From NCBI GenBank assembly GCA_030651375.1, contig JAUSFM010000014.1, forward strand, positions 89,630 through 153,629: a stretch of 64,000 bases of DNA. The letters run 5' to 3'. Below the pieces are notes generated by a model. It saw only the letters and a program-made list of their open reading frames with translations. It did no database searches and was not told the origin of the DNA. The translations under genes and the position numbers were made by a program. This document shows positions 9,575 through 18,971 of this stretch, piece by piece. Within the stretch, counting starts at the first letter, position 1. Each line of letters opens with the position of its first letter. Source of the stretch: Candidatus Woesearchaeota archaeon. GTDB lineage: Archaea; Nanobdellota; Nanobdellia; Woesearchaeales; UBA12501.

Positions 9575-10237
9575 TCACAGCTCAATTATCTTCCCTTTCT
9601 TCCCCACATTAATTACGCGTGTCCTGCCGATTTTTTCCTCGATGCCTTCTGCCTCGTGAACGTGGCTGCAGAGCAGAATGTCCGGCTGCAGTTCTTCAAC
9701 GGCTTTGCGCACGCCCTTGCTGCCTTCGAAGAATTTGCTGAACTGCTCCATCTTGGTACCGGCAGGGTGGATGTGGGTCATCATGATTTTTTTCTTGAGG
9801 TACTTGATTTTGTCAAAGCTTTTCTTCAACAAGCCATGCGCTTCTTCTTCAGTGACTTCTTGAAACGGCCCAACATTTGTGGTGCCGCCACAACCGAAAA
9901 TGCCGACGTCCTTATAGCGAATGGAGTAGCCGTGCATGTTCTTGACATCGTCGCCGTACAGTTCAGCAAGAAAATCAACCGTTGCAATGCTTTCATGGTT
10001 GCCTGGAATGACGAGCACTTTTTTATGTTTCTTCAGGAACGGACCGATGATGTTGTCTGTGCTTTGCTCGTTGTACGTGATGTCGCCGCATAACACGACG
10101 AGGTCGACGTTTTCTTTTTCTGCCCGGTCTGCCAGTTTCTTGATGAGTGTGGTGTCGCCGTGCACATCGCCGGCAGCGAGAATTTTGAGCTTTTCATGTT
10201 CTTTTTTTTCTTCTTTTTTTTGTTCCATCAGTTTCAC
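9575..10237 (-). CDS. Calcineurin-like metallophosphoesterase
   Basis: Motifs GDVHGD, CGDITYNE (GDxxxR/N) and GNHE present in order. 220 aa. Confidence 0.65.
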   Translation of the reverse strand: MKLMEQKKEEKKEHEKLKILAAGDVHGDTTLIKKLADRAEKENVDLVVLCGDITYNEQSTDNIIGPFLKKHKKVLVIPGNHESIATVDFLAELYGDDVKNMHGYSIRYKDVGIFGCGGTTNVGPFQEVTEEEAHGLLKKSFDKIKYLKKKIMMTHIHPAGTKMEQFSKFFEGSKGVRKAVEELQPDILLCSHVHEAEGIEEKIGRTRVINVGKKGKIIEL

Positions 10238-10243
10238 GAAGTG

Positions 10244-10816
10244 CTAACGCCTTTTAATACTTACGCTTTCAGCGTCAAGAAAAATGAGTGTTGAGGGCGC
10301 TGCTGTTTTTTGGCCTTCGTCGATAATGAAATCAACCGCTGCTTTGAGGTCAGGATCCACATCATCACTGCTCGTCATAAACGCTGCGCCGCTCTTGTTG
10401 ACGCTCGTCGTGACAAGAGGGATGCCGAGTTCGGCGATGACCGCACTCACCCAGTGGTTTGGAATCCGGACGCCGAGTGTCTCTTTGCCAACCGTGACGC
10501 TGTCAGCAACGCACTTTTGTTTCATGTTCATGACGAGCGTGTAGGGGCCGGGAAGTTTTGCGAGCCATTCGCGTGCAGCGGACGTGACATCGAGGTTTTC
10601 TTCAATCCAACCGAGCGACGGTGCGATGACAGAAAACGGCGCGTCTCCACGTCCTTTTAATTCGCGAATTTTTTTGACTGCGTTATGGTTGAGCGCGCTG
10701 CAACCGATGCCATAAATCGTGTCGGTTGGGTACACGAAGACTGCGCCGTCAAGGATTTTGGTAAAATACTGCTCCTTGTTCGCAAGGAACTCATCTTTGG
10801 TAATAATCAAGCTCAT
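10244..10816 (-). CDS. tsaC: L-threonylcarbamoyladenylate synthase (YrdC/Sua5 domain, short form)
   Basis: YrdC-domain motifs 'VYPTDTIYGIGCSALNHNAVKKIRELKGR' and 'PFSVIAPS'. 190 aa with no Sua5 C-terminal extension. Confidence 0.7.
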   Translation of the reverse strand: MSLIITKDEFLANKEQYFTKILDGAVFVYPTDTIYGIGCSALNHNAVKKIRELKGRGDAPFSVIAPSLGWIEENLDVTSAAREWLAKLPGPYTLVMNMKQKCVADSVTVGKETLGVRIPNHWVSAVIAELGIPLVTTSVNKSGAAFMTSSDDVDPDLKAAVDFIIDEGQKTAAPSTLIFLDAESVSIKRR

Positions 10817-11218
10817 AGAATAAAAGAAAAAAACAGGAGTTTTTAAACCTTCCCCTGTTTAATCCTCCAGCAACGCCTCCTGCGCATAGCCAAAGTCGTT
10901 GATGAAGTCAACACGCTGTTTGTAGTCCCTCCATTCAAGGAAGTCACCAAAAAAGTGCCGTTGGAGTGCCGCGAGCATAGTCTCACCTCCTAACAGAGCG
11001 CTGCTGCCAGCCGCTCGTCCAAAAAGAGCTCGTTGTGCTGCAGGTCATGGATTGCTTCTGCAATCAGCTGGTCGTTGATGTGCACCGTTTGTTCATTTTT
11101 CCGCTGGATGAGCGGCTGGCGTCGAATCATAAATTGATGGTTTTCTTGGTCTGTTGGTTGCATGGGTTCACCTCTTTTTTTCTCTGATTTATGGCTGGGG
11201 CGGGGGTTATCGATTGAG

Positions 11219-11435
11219 CGTTTGCTGTTTGACGCACTGGAAAAACAGTTGGTTGATGCTGGTTGTTGACATTTGGTTATTCATCGAAATCACCTCGTTT
11301 GCGATACCCTATTTAGAATCAGCCGGCTTTATATACCTCACGCGGGTGTTTGTCCAGTGTCCAGTGGTGGAGAATAATGCCTGCTGCCGCAAAAAATGAT
11401 GCTTATAGACAGCAATGGCACTGGACAGGCAAAGA
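11219..11435. promoter_or_regulatory. Cluster of four TCCAGTG cores in both orientations (ORB-like; candidate replication origin element) near orc1
   Basis: cactggaaaaac at 11226, gtccagtgtccagtgg at 11352-11367 (two cores), and cactggaca at 11422. They lie in a roughly 600-bp gap of no convincing coding sequence, about 300 bp from orc1/cdc6. Confidence 0.3.
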
Positions 11436-11465
11436 TTTAAAAAATGCCAATTTCTGCAAATGGAC

Positions 11466-11738
11466 ATGAACAAACGCCTTCATCTTATGATCCACGGTCG
11501 CGTGCAGGGCGTGTTTTTCCGGAGGTTTGTGTGCGAACAGGCACAACGCCTTGGGCTGACAGGACATGTCCGGAACACGAACAACGAAGTTGAGATTGTC
11601 GCAGAAGGCGATGAGAAGGTTCTGCAAGAACTCGTGATGGTGTGCCGAAAGGGGCCGACGGCGGCACGCGTGGATAAGATTGATGTTGAAGAAGAGAAAT
11701 GGACGGGAGAGTTTATGGGATTTGTGAGGAGGTATTGA
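11466..11738 (+). CDS. acyP: Acylphosphatase
   Basis: Conserved 'VxGxVQGVxFR' signature (IHGRVQGVFFRRF) and GxVxN (GHVRNTNNEVEIVAEG). Start moved to the internal ATG at 11466, about 90 aa. Confidence 0.7.
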   Translation: MNKRLHLMIHGRVQGVFFRRFVCEQAQRLGLTGHVRNTNNEVEIVAEGDEKVLQELVMVCRKGPTAARVDKIDVEEEKWTGEFMGFVRRY

Positions 11739-11766
11739 TTAGATTAGTTGAGATAGTCACACATAA

Positions 11767-12855
11767 TTATTTAAAATCATCCAGCGTCGTCACACCTGAT
11801 GGTGAGAATGTTATCATCGTGGTGTTGCCGTCTGGTCCTCCTCCAACTTTTTGCACGTTGAGGTATTTATTTTCAGCCAGCTTGTTGATTTTGCGCTGGA
11901 ATGTTTTATACCCGCCGGCGCCGCCTTCTTCTTGGTATTTTTTGAAGATGTCGCCGATTTTCTGGCCGGAACATTTTTTTATCAGGTCGAGAATAAACCG
12001 TGACTCATCCTCTAAAGCGTCTTTTTTCTTGATGGAAAACTCTTCGAGCTTTTTGACCGCAGCAGCCATGTGCGCTGGCATGATACTTCGCGACGCTGCA
12101 TCTTCTGCTGCGTTGCCCGCTTCTTTTAACAGATATAATCCGGAGCGCACGTCGCCGAGCGTGTATGCCTTGTCCGCTGCCTGCAAAAATGCCTCTTCCT
12201 GCCAGACATCGGGCACAAAGGAGTATTTCATGCGGTCGCGCAGAATGCCAACAACTTGTTCTTTGGTGTAGGGGCGAAATTCAAGAATTTCCGCCACGAG
12301 CCGCGATTTGATGCGCTGGTCAAGCTCGGCCAGCCAGGTCTTGTGGTTTGTCACGAGAATGATGCTCTTGCGATAAATCTCTTCCAGCAGTTGGTACAAA
12401 AGGTCGGTGTCCTCTAATTTGTCAACTTCGTCGAGCACAAACACCGCTGCTTTTTTGTTGAGCAAGTCTTTGACAATTTTGAATAATTCATCCCCACGCT
12501 TGTTGTGGGTGAATTTGTATTCAAGCTTTTCGCACATTTCTAGAATTACTTTGAAGCTGGAATTTTTCTGCCAGCAGTTGATGTAGAATGGAATAACGGC
12601 GTCACAGGTTTCGTCGGTTTCTTCCAGCTCTTTCATGATGTGCCGGAGTACTACGGTCTTGCCGATGCCCGGCGGGCCGTGGATAAAGATATTTCTGCCG
12701 GTGCGCTCGGCAATCAACGGCTTGATGCACAGCGCAATCTGGCGCTGTTCTGCTTCGCGGTAGGGCACGAGTTTTGGGATGAAATCATAGTCGAGTGGAA
12801 CAGGATCGCGAAACAAGCTTTCGCCGCTTCCGAGCATATTCTTGAAAAGAGCCAT
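11767..12855 (-). CDS. orc1: Orc1/Cdc6 replication initiator
   Basis: AAA+ Walker A 'GPPGIGKT', Walker B 'VFVLDEVD', and a C-terminal winged-helix region. 362 aa. Confidence 0.8.
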   Translation of the reverse strand: MALFKNMLGSGESLFRDPVPLDYDFIPKLVPYREAEQRQIALCIKPLIAERTGRNIFIHGPPGIGKTVVLRHIMKELEETDETCDAVIPFYINCWQKNSSFKVILEMCEKLEYKFTHNKRGDELFKIVKDLLNKKAAVFVLDEVDKLEDTDLLYQLLEEIYRKSIILVTNHKTWLAELDQRIKSRLVAEILEFRPYTKEQVVGILRDRMKYSFVPDVWQEEAFLQAADKAYTLGDVRSGLYLLKEAGNAAEDAASRSIMPAHMAAAVKKLEEFSIKKKDALEDESRFILDLIKKCSGQKIGDIFKKYQEEGGAGGYKTFQRKINKLAENKYLNVQKVGGGPDGNTTMITFSPSGVTTLDDFK

Positions 12856-12892
12856 GAAAGAGGAGGATTTGATTCCTATTAAATATTTTTGT

Positions 12893-14131
12893 ATGCCTCA
12901 CAACAATATTTATAAAGTTACTGCACTCTTTTTCTCTACAAAAAAGGGTGAAACCATTCCTGATATTCCGATTCCTGAAACAGCGCTCGCATCGCCGCAG
13001 ATGTATAATCGCGTTCTCGCTGTGGTGAATGATGCAACGCACACGCTCACCACGCGGCCGCTGACAACGGTTGCCTCGCTCAAAATAGCATACGATGTGT
13101 ACGAGCGCGCAAAAGCAGCCATGGAAACCCTGCCGCACAGCAACGGAAGGGCCATTGCACAGGAACGGCTCATGTTTCTCTATCGATATATTACTGATTC
13201 GCGCCGGCTCCTGATTTCTGACGACTTCAACAACAAAACTGAGTTTATCGTCAATCTGATTGACAAAGCAACACATTGCATCGAAGAAAACAAGCCGGAT
13301 GATGCTTCACAGCTCTACAGCAAGGCGCAGGAACTGTTCTCTGCGCTGCCTGACGAGCCAACGCTGCTGCACAAGAAAGAAAACACCCGAAAGCATCTCG
13401 GAGAACTGCACGAACGAATTGTGCACCGAAAAGAAATTGAGCAGGACCAGCGGTTTTATAGAACATTCCATTCAGTCGAAATGCTGCTCGACCGGGCTTC
13501 TACACTCGCAAAAAAAGATTCGGTTGGCGCGCGAAAAACCTATGACGACGCGCTGAAAGTGTACCGCTCATTAAACGTGCCGGCAGCATTTGTCTGGAAA
13601 AAAGCAGCAGTGCGCAAGCGCATCCATGCGGTTGAAGCGCAGCTCAAGCCGAGCAAAAAAGAATTTTATGCGCCGCTGGAACACACCTTGTCTCACGAGC
13701 TGGTTGAATTGATTGCCGGCGATCATTCCCTTAAATCCCAAGCGGGATTTTCCGAAATGGTCAAACTTCTTACCGAACTTGATTCCTGTTCTGTTGCGCA
13801 CATCGGCGAGGCTCGTGAACTATTCACATCTGCGAAAAAAAAGGCAGCGTCGTTCACCGGCGACAAGCGCGCATTGAATGCCTGTTTCGCAAAAATACGC
13901 GCGCGGCTCGAGCTGTTTTCCACGTTGGAAAAAATTCAGCACGTGCGAAGCGCCGGAGAGGTTCATACGCTCCTTGCGGAAACCCAGCGGCGCTCATTGG
14001 TGTACAACCAGCGCTATCCACACGACCACGCATGTACCGACGCGGTGTACGAAGAATGCGCACTGCTTAATTCGCTCATGGAAGAAGGGGTTACTGCGGG
14101 TGAAGTGGCGCGAGCTGTTTCACATTCGTAA
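12893..14131 (+). CDS. Hypothetical alpha-helical protein (start uncertain; the track start at 12842 overlaps divergent orc1)
   Basis: Long ORF with a TATA-like tttataaag at 12912. Alternative start ATG 13001. No recognizable motif. Confidence 0.35.
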   Translation: MPHNNIYKVTALFFSTKKGETIPDIPIPETALASPQMYNRVLAVVNDATHTLTTRPLTTVASLKIAYDVYERAKAAMETLPHSNGRAIAQERLMFLYRYITDSRRLLISDDFNNKTEFIVNLIDKATHCIEENKPDDASQLYSKAQELFSALPDEPTLLHKKENTRKHLGELHERIVHRKEIEQDQRFYRTFHSVEMLLDRASTLAKKDSVGARKTYDDALKVYRSLNVPAAFVWKKAAVRKRIHAVEAQLKPSKKEFYAPLEHTLSHELVELIAGDHSLKSQAGFSEMVKLLTELDSCSVAHIGEARELFTSAKKKAASFTGDKRALNACFAKIRARLELFSTLEKIQHVRSAGEVHTLLAETQRRSLVYNQRYPHDHACTDAVYEECALLNSLMEEGVTAGEVARAVSHS

Positions 14132-14662
14132 TGTTTCTGGGCGTAATTGTTCTGCAGCTCTCCGGTACAATCCCACGTCTGGTTCTCTGAACATTTCTCT
14201 GCCGTGCGCCGCATGATACGCCCCAAGCGTCTGTTCCCGAAAGAGCGGCTGTCTCAAATTGCCAATCACTGTAATCATTGCTGTGTACATTGACTGGATG
14301 ACCCCTTCATAGCTTTCGCGAGTGGTGGTTGCAGTATCGGGTTGCGTTTGAAAGTGTCGAAGGTGGCCAGCAAAGTCCCCGTCAAAATACCGTGTTGCGT
14401 GCGCTGCAAAATCGCGCTGTATCCGCCAGTTGCCTTTTTCCGAAAGCACAAAACCAAGCGCTTCAGAGGGCGTTACTGCTTTTTTTTCAGCAGCCAGCCT
14501 GACACTCTCCAAAAAAATACCAGCGAGAAAAATATCATCTTGTGCACGGCCATACTGCATCGTCGCGGTGCGTAATGCTGCTTCAAACTCGTGCGCTGGC
14601 TGATATGCTGGTTCAATAAACAACGCAGCAAAATTAATTCCCGCAAGGTCGTCGAGGCTCAT
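14120..14662 (-). CDS. Hypothetical protein
   Basis: 180 aa ORF. Its start overlaps the stop of the upstream gene (ATGA), suggesting operon coupling. Confidence 0.4.
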   Translation of the reverse strand: MSLDDLAGINFAALFIEPAYQPAHEFEAALRTATMQYGRAQDDIFLAGIFLESVRLAAEKKAVTPSEALGFVLSEKGNWRIQRDFAAHATRYFDGDFAGHLRHFQTQPDTATTTRESYEGVIQSMYTAMITVIGNLRQPLFREQTLGAYHAAHGREMFREPDVGLYRRAAEQLRPETLRM

Positions 14663-15273
14663 GGCCGCGCCTCCTGTCTTGTTAGCAAACGAGCGTATGC
14701 TTCTCGTTTTCCTTCGATGCGGTCACCGCACAGGTCGAGCCGATGATGGTGCTCGAACTGAAAGCCGCGTACAGCCAGAAGCGTCATAAGATCGGCAGTT
14801 TCTCCAAGGACACAGAGGTACGAAATTTCACCATAACTATGTATAGGTATCGTTGCGTCAGGTGAACAGCGTTGCACAACCTCGTGCCGCGCCTCTTCTT
14901 CGAGATGAGGCAAGCCAAAGATGCACCTTGTTCCAAGCTGTTCCTTGGCAAAAAGCGCGAGGCTACGAGTCTGTTCGTCAAGCAGTGTTGGTTTTTGTCC
15001 TCGTAATAATTCGGAACTGGCATACGGTACGAAAAGAAGTGCATGCGCTGGATCAGCTGCAATCGTGCTGATGCGCTCTTTCCAGAGTGCTTCAAGCAGG
15101 CGTGCATACTCGTGCCCAGGCATATCGCCAGGAAACTGTCCTTGTATAAATGCGCCAACTTTAGCATACGGAGTTCGCAAAAACTCTCCGTCGTACGGAA
15201 TCGGATTTCTCATGCCAAAAAACGGGTGTACGAGCACGTCGAGTGATTCAATTGGTGGCTGTTCGTTATTCAT
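14659..15273 (-). CDS. Hypothetical protein
   Basis: 204 aa ORF co-oriented and translationally coupled with 14120..14662 and with dph5 upstream. The opposite-strand ORF 14921..15829 is judged spurious. Confidence 0.4.
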   Translation of the reverse strand: MNNEQPPIESLDVLVHPFFGMRNPIPYDGEFLRTPYAKVGAFIQGQFPGDMPGHEYARLLEALWKERISTIAADPAHALLFVPYASSELLRGQKPTLLDEQTRSLALFAKEQLGTRCIFGLPHLEEEARHEVVQRCSPDATIPIHSYGEISYLCVLGETADLMTLLAVRGFQFEHHHRLDLCGDRIEGKREAYARLLTRQEARP

Positions 15274-16039
15274 TGTTCAGCACCTTCAGCATTTCTTCTT
15301 CCTTGAAATGGAGCGGTCCGGGAATGATGAGGCAGTGCAACGGTTTTCCAAAGTTATGCTTCATCAATTCTTCAACCGAGCCGTATTTGATAACAGCATC
15401 TTCATGTCCCATACGCGCGCATCCTACAACGAATGTTTTTTCCGTGACGATGTCTTGTTTTCGCTTTTTCTCGATGTCCAGCAGAATGTTCAGCGCGTCG
15501 TTAATTGTCATGAACCGTTCGCTTCCCTGTTCCATTTTGATATCCAGCAGGCACAGCGTGTGCGCGCCAATGGATTTGTTCTGCGCAATGACATCGTAAA
15601 AACTTTCCGGCTGGTGATTTTTTTCCGGGAATACAATGCTTGTTGTTTTGCCAAATTTGTAGAGCTCAAGGCCGGTGTTTGCCACCGCGTTGATGATGGA
15701 TACATTGTTGATAACCGTAACCGGAATATTTTTTTCCTTTGCACGCAACATAAGGTCAGTGTGCGTTGTCGCGCCAAACACATCACCCACCACAAGGAAG
15801 GCAACATCTTCTTGTTCCGCATCCTTTAGGATGGTTTCTTCTGCGTGTGACTCAACCAGCGTGCGGTCGGCGGAAATGAGCGGCTTGCCGTAGAATTGTT
15901 CAAGCACCTCTTTCGAACACCCTAATTGTGATGTATAGGTCTCAATATATAGTTTTGAACACTTTTTAACCGCTTCAAGGCCATGCAGGGTGATGTCTTT
16001 TTCTGTTCCAAGGCCGAGGCCGATGAGGTATAAAGCCAT
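15266..16039 (-). CDS. dph5: Diphthine synthase (tetrapyrrole-methylase fold)
   Basis: N-terminus 'MALYLIGLGLGTEKDITLHGLEAVKKCSKLYIETYTS' and overall Dph5 organisation. 257 aa. Confidence 0.75.
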   Translation of the reverse strand: MALYLIGLGLGTEKDITLHGLEAVKKCSKLYIETYTSQLGCSKEVLEQFYGKPLISADRTLVESHAEETILKDAEQEDVAFLVVGDVFGATTHTDLMLRAKEKNIPVTVINNVSIINAVANTGLELYKFGKTTSIVFPEKNHQPESFYDVIAQNKSIGAHTLCLLDIKMEQGSERFMTINDALNILLDIEKKRKQDIVTEKTFVVGCARMGHEDAVIKYGSVEELMKHNFGKPLHCLIIPGPLHFKEEEMLKVLNNE

Positions 16040-16159
16040 TTTAACAGAGAATTATGTGTTTCTTTTTAAACCTTTCGACATATATACTGCAACATATATG
16101 TTAGAATACAAATATATTTTTATATCTAATGTTCGTTTATAAATAGAAAAAAAGGGTTT

Positions 16160-16260
16160 GAGTTTTTGGCGAAACTCAAGCAACGACGAAATCGATATTG
16201 GCGAAAAACGGATTTTATCACACAAATTGGCGTTTGTGTAAAACAATTGGCGATTTCTAA
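16160..16260. promoter_or_regulatory. Four spaced (A/T)TTGGCG(A/T)3 repeats plus a hairpin upstream of ftsZ
   Basis: Copies at 16166, 16198, 16228 and 16248. Hairpin gagttt...aaactc around the first copy. TATA-like gtatataaag at 16281. Confidence 0.3.
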
Positions 16261-16377
16261 AAAGAGTAGAGTACAAACTAGTATATAAAGTTTTTGCTAG
16301 CCTGTACGCTTACACGCCTCAAAAGCGAGGCATCAAACAAAAAAACAGCCTAAAAAAATAAAAAAGGGGGTAGGAAC

Positions 16378-17445
16378 ATGGACTTCCTGGTCGAAAACGC
16401 AGTACAAAAACATGAGGATGAGTTAAAACAACTCAGTGCCCAGCAGGCAAACATCAAGGTGATTGGTGTAGGCGGCGGCGGCAACAATATGGTGAACTGG
16501 CTCTACAAAAAAGGAATTAAAGGAGCCGAAATCATCGCAGTCAACACCGATGCGCAGCACCTGACGGTGACTGACGCTGACAAGAAATTCATCATCGGCA
16601 AAGACCTCACTCGAGGCCTTGGCTGCGGCGGATTTCCCCAGCGTGGCGCAGAGGCGGCAAAAGAATCAATGCAGCACATCAAGGAAGCATTGAAAGATGC
16701 TGATATGGTCTTTGTCTGTGCAGGCCTTGGCGGCGGCACTGGAACAGGGGCAGCCCCAGTCATTGCTAAAGTAGCAAAAGACAACGGTAGCATTGTTATT
16801 GGAACAACAACCATGCCGTTCAAGATTGAGCGCGCGAGAATTGACAAGGCAGAATTTGGCCTGCAGCAGCTCCGCCAGGTTTCTGACACGGTTATTGTCA
16901 TCGACAACAACCGCCTCGTGTCAATCGCCGGCAACCTGCCCGTACAACAGGCATTTGCTGTTGCAAACGAGCTCATCTCAACCATGATTAAAGGTATCGT
17001 TGAAACAATCGCGGTGCCCAGCTTGGTCAACCTCGACTACGCAGACGTCAAAACCATCATGACTGATGGCGGCGTTGCAGCAATCGGCGTCGGCGCTTCT
17101 GACACGTCAAACCGTGTTGATGAAGCAGTCCGCGGCGCATTGAGCAATCCGCTCCTCGACATCAGCTACCAAGGCGCAACTGGCGCCATCATCCACATCC
17201 ACGGCGGGCCTGACCTGACGCTGGATGAAATCAACCGCGTCGGCGAGCAAATCACCGAAGCGATGGATGCTGATGCCAACGTCATCTGGGGCGCACGCGT
17301 CACCGAAGACATGAAGGGCAAGCTGACGATAATGACCATTATCACGGGCGTTAAGTCGCCATGGATACTGGGCAAAGGCGACGGCCGCAAGAACTTCAAC
17401 GCGTCACGCGTCAATGAAGAGCTTGGGATCGAAATGGTCCGTTAA
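16378..17445 (+). CDS. ftsZ: Cell division GTPase FtsZ
   Basis: Tubulin signature GGGTGTGAAPVIA and N-terminal GVGGGGNN. 355 aa. Confidence 0.9.
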   Translation: MDFLVENAVQKHEDELKQLSAQQANIKVIGVGGGGNNMVNWLYKKGIKGAEIIAVNTDAQHLTVTDADKKFIIGKDLTRGLGCGGFPQRGAEAAKESMQHIKEALKDADMVFVCAGLGGGTGTGAAPVIAKVAKDNGSIVIGTTTMPFKIERARIDKAEFGLQQLRQVSDTVIVIDNNRLVSIAGNLPVQQAFAVANELISTMIKGIVETIAVPSLVNLDYADVKTIMTDGGVAAIGVGASDTSNRVDEAVRGALSNPLLDISYQGATGAIIHIHGGPDLTLDEINRVGEQITEAMDADANVIWGARVTEDMKGKLTIMTIITGVKSPWILGKGDGRKNFNASRVNEELGIEMVR

Positions 17446-17515
17446 TATTTTTTTCTTAGTTTTTCTTTGCCTTCATTTTTTTACCACCCCCAAACCAAAA
17501 CGATGAAGGCAGGTG

Positions 17516-17556
17516 GGATCCCCGGGTTCCTGGGGATTCTTTTTATTTTTTTTACA
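17516..17556 (+). terminator. Hairpin followed by T-tract downstream of ftsZ
   Basis: ggatcccc-gggttcct-ggggattc stem-loop followed by tttttattttttttt. A second hairpin tgccttcat...atgaaggca lies at 17468-17511. Confidence 0.35.
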
Positions 17557-17645
17557 ACACCTGTTAGTTCTAAGACTCAAAAAATTGACAACAACCAGAA
17601 AAAGAACGAAAAAAAGAAAATAGAAAAATAAAAGAAACAAAACAG

Positions 17646-17876
17646 TTACATATCTTCAACGCTGGTAATTTTCTTCAGCACGGGAAAGCGCGCCTTGGTG
17701 CCGCTGCCCCACGTGTGAAATTCAATCTCGCCCATAACTTCTTTGCCGCGCGCTGGCTTTCCTGAAATAAGGCGCTGTTTGTCCTTTCCTGAAAAGGCGA
17801 CACGGGACTGGCTGCCTTGCGGCGAATTTGCCATCGTCAGCCGGCCGTTGTGAAATCGCATTGTTGCTTTAACCAT
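17646..17876 (-). CDS. rpl35ae: Ribosomal protein L35Ae (eL33)
   Basis: 76 aa. By eye, 'RFHNGRLT...ISGKPARGKEVMGEIEFHTWGSGTKARF' aligns with the archaeal L35Ae pattern 'NYRRGNRTQ...YLGKRV...GKITRPHGNSGAVRVRF'. Confidence 0.45.
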   Translation of the reverse strand: MVKATMRFHNGRLTMANSPQGSQSRVAFSGKDKQRLISGKPARGKEVMGEIEFHTWGSGTKARFPVLKKITSVEDM

Positions 17877-17920
17877 ATGAATACCTCCATTTTTACGTTT
17901 AGTTGATGTATTTTTTGATG

Positions 17921-18151
17921 TTATTCGACTAATTCAGCAAGATAATTGTACTTGGTGCTCTGGTCAGCGACGTCCAAGAATTTGAACTTGACCGGCGAAC
18001 CGGTGCTCATGCCGCGCTTCTTGAGCAACTGCCTACCGCCCTTGAGTTTTATTGGGCGGGAATGATTGAGCCCTTGACCGCGCGTCGGCACCACACCTGT
18101 TTGTTCATCATTAATTTTTCCCTTGTAAATAAGCGTTCGTGGCATACTCAT
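17921..18151 (-). CDS. Small basic protein of unknown function (track ORF trimmed to internal Met)
   Basis: The K/R-rich 5' extension of the track ORF overlaps the nitroreductase gene. The core 'MSMPRTLIYKGKINDEQTGVVPTRGQG...' is about 76 aa. Confidence 0.3.
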   Translation of the reverse strand: MSMPRTLIYKGKINDEQTGVVPTRGQGLNHSRPIKLKGGRQLLKKRGMSTGSPVKFKFLDVADQSTKYNYLAELVE

Positions 18152-18185
18152 CACCTCTTTTTTGAATGGAATGGAGAGATTCTTT

Positions 18186-18884
18186 TTAATGTTTTCCCTT
18201 TTGCTTTTCGTCCTCTGGTTTTTTTGAAAACTTTTCTTTGAAATAGCGCATGAAGCGTTTTCCCTGCTGGCCGGCTTCTTTTTTTGCGCTTTTTGCAAAT
18301 TCTTCATACTGCAGGCTGTAATCCCACAAGATAGCGTTCATGTTTCTGAACCGGTTGCCGTAACGCTGGAGATAGACAATAGTTTCCAGCATCATGCGGG
18401 GAGGTGCAGGCACTTCTTCGTCGGCATAGCCGATGGTAAGCACGCTGATTGGTGTTGCACGCTCGGGAATGGCGAGCGCAAGCCGCATCATCATCTCGTC
18501 AAACGCGCTGACGAGGCAGCAGCCAAGCCCTTCTGCAGTTGCCTGCACCATCATGTTTTCTGCGGCGCAGGAGCAGTCCTCAATTGTGTATTTTTCACCA
18601 GCCTTGCCGTAGTACTGGATTGTTCGTTCAGGAATGCTGCAAATGACAACGTGCAGTGGCGCGGTTTCCATCCAGACCTGATTCACACAGGCACGCGCAA
18701 TTTGTTTTCTGGTTTCGTCGTCCGTGACAATGATAAACTTCCAGTCCTGGACGTTGCCAGCTGAAGGAGCGTATTCTCCGGCAGTCAGAATGTTGATAAG
18801 CTTGTCCCATTCAACAGGAAGATCCTTGTACTTGCGAATACTTCGCCGCCGCTTGATGAGCTCAAGCACCTCTTTGGGGTCCAT
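18186..18884 (-). CDS. Nitroreductase-family flavoprotein
   Basis: N-terminus 'RRSIRKYKD' and 'AGEYAPSAGNVQDWKFIIV', the typical NADH oxidase/nitroreductase fold. Start set at the internal Met (MDPKEV). Confidence 0.6.
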   Translation of the reverse strand: MDPKEVLELIKRRRSIRKYKDLPVEWDKLINILTAGEYAPSAGNVQDWKFIIVTDDETRKQIARACVNQVWMETAPLHVVICSIPERTIQYYGKAGEKYTIEDCSCAAENMMVQATAEGLGCCLVSAFDEMMMRLALAIPERATPISVLTIGYADEEVPAPPRMMLETIVYLQRYGNRFRNMNAILWDYSLQYEEFAKSAKKEAGQQGKRFMRYFKEKFSKKPEDEKQKGKH

Positions 18885-18934
18885 ACCGGTTCTTATTGAT
18901 TTTTGGTTAATAAATGTTGTGCTCTTGGTTTCGA

Positions 18935-18948
18935 GTAAAACTTTAAAA
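18935..18948 (+). promoter_or_regulatory. TATA-like element (aaactttaaaaaca) about 25 nt upstream of the DNA ligase start
   Basis: AT-rich box at canonical archaeal spacing. Confidence 0.3.
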
Positions 18949-18971
18949 ACAATCACCTCTCCTTACAATGT

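Noticed and set aside
12842-12892. Track start of the 429-aa ORF
   Set aside because: Would overlap the divergent orc1 coding sequence by 14 nt and leave no promoter. Downstream in-frame starts (12893 or 13001) are more plausible.
14921-15829. 302-aa plus-strand ORF
   Set aside because: Lies antisense across three well-supported minus-strand genes (including dph5) and has low-complexity composition.
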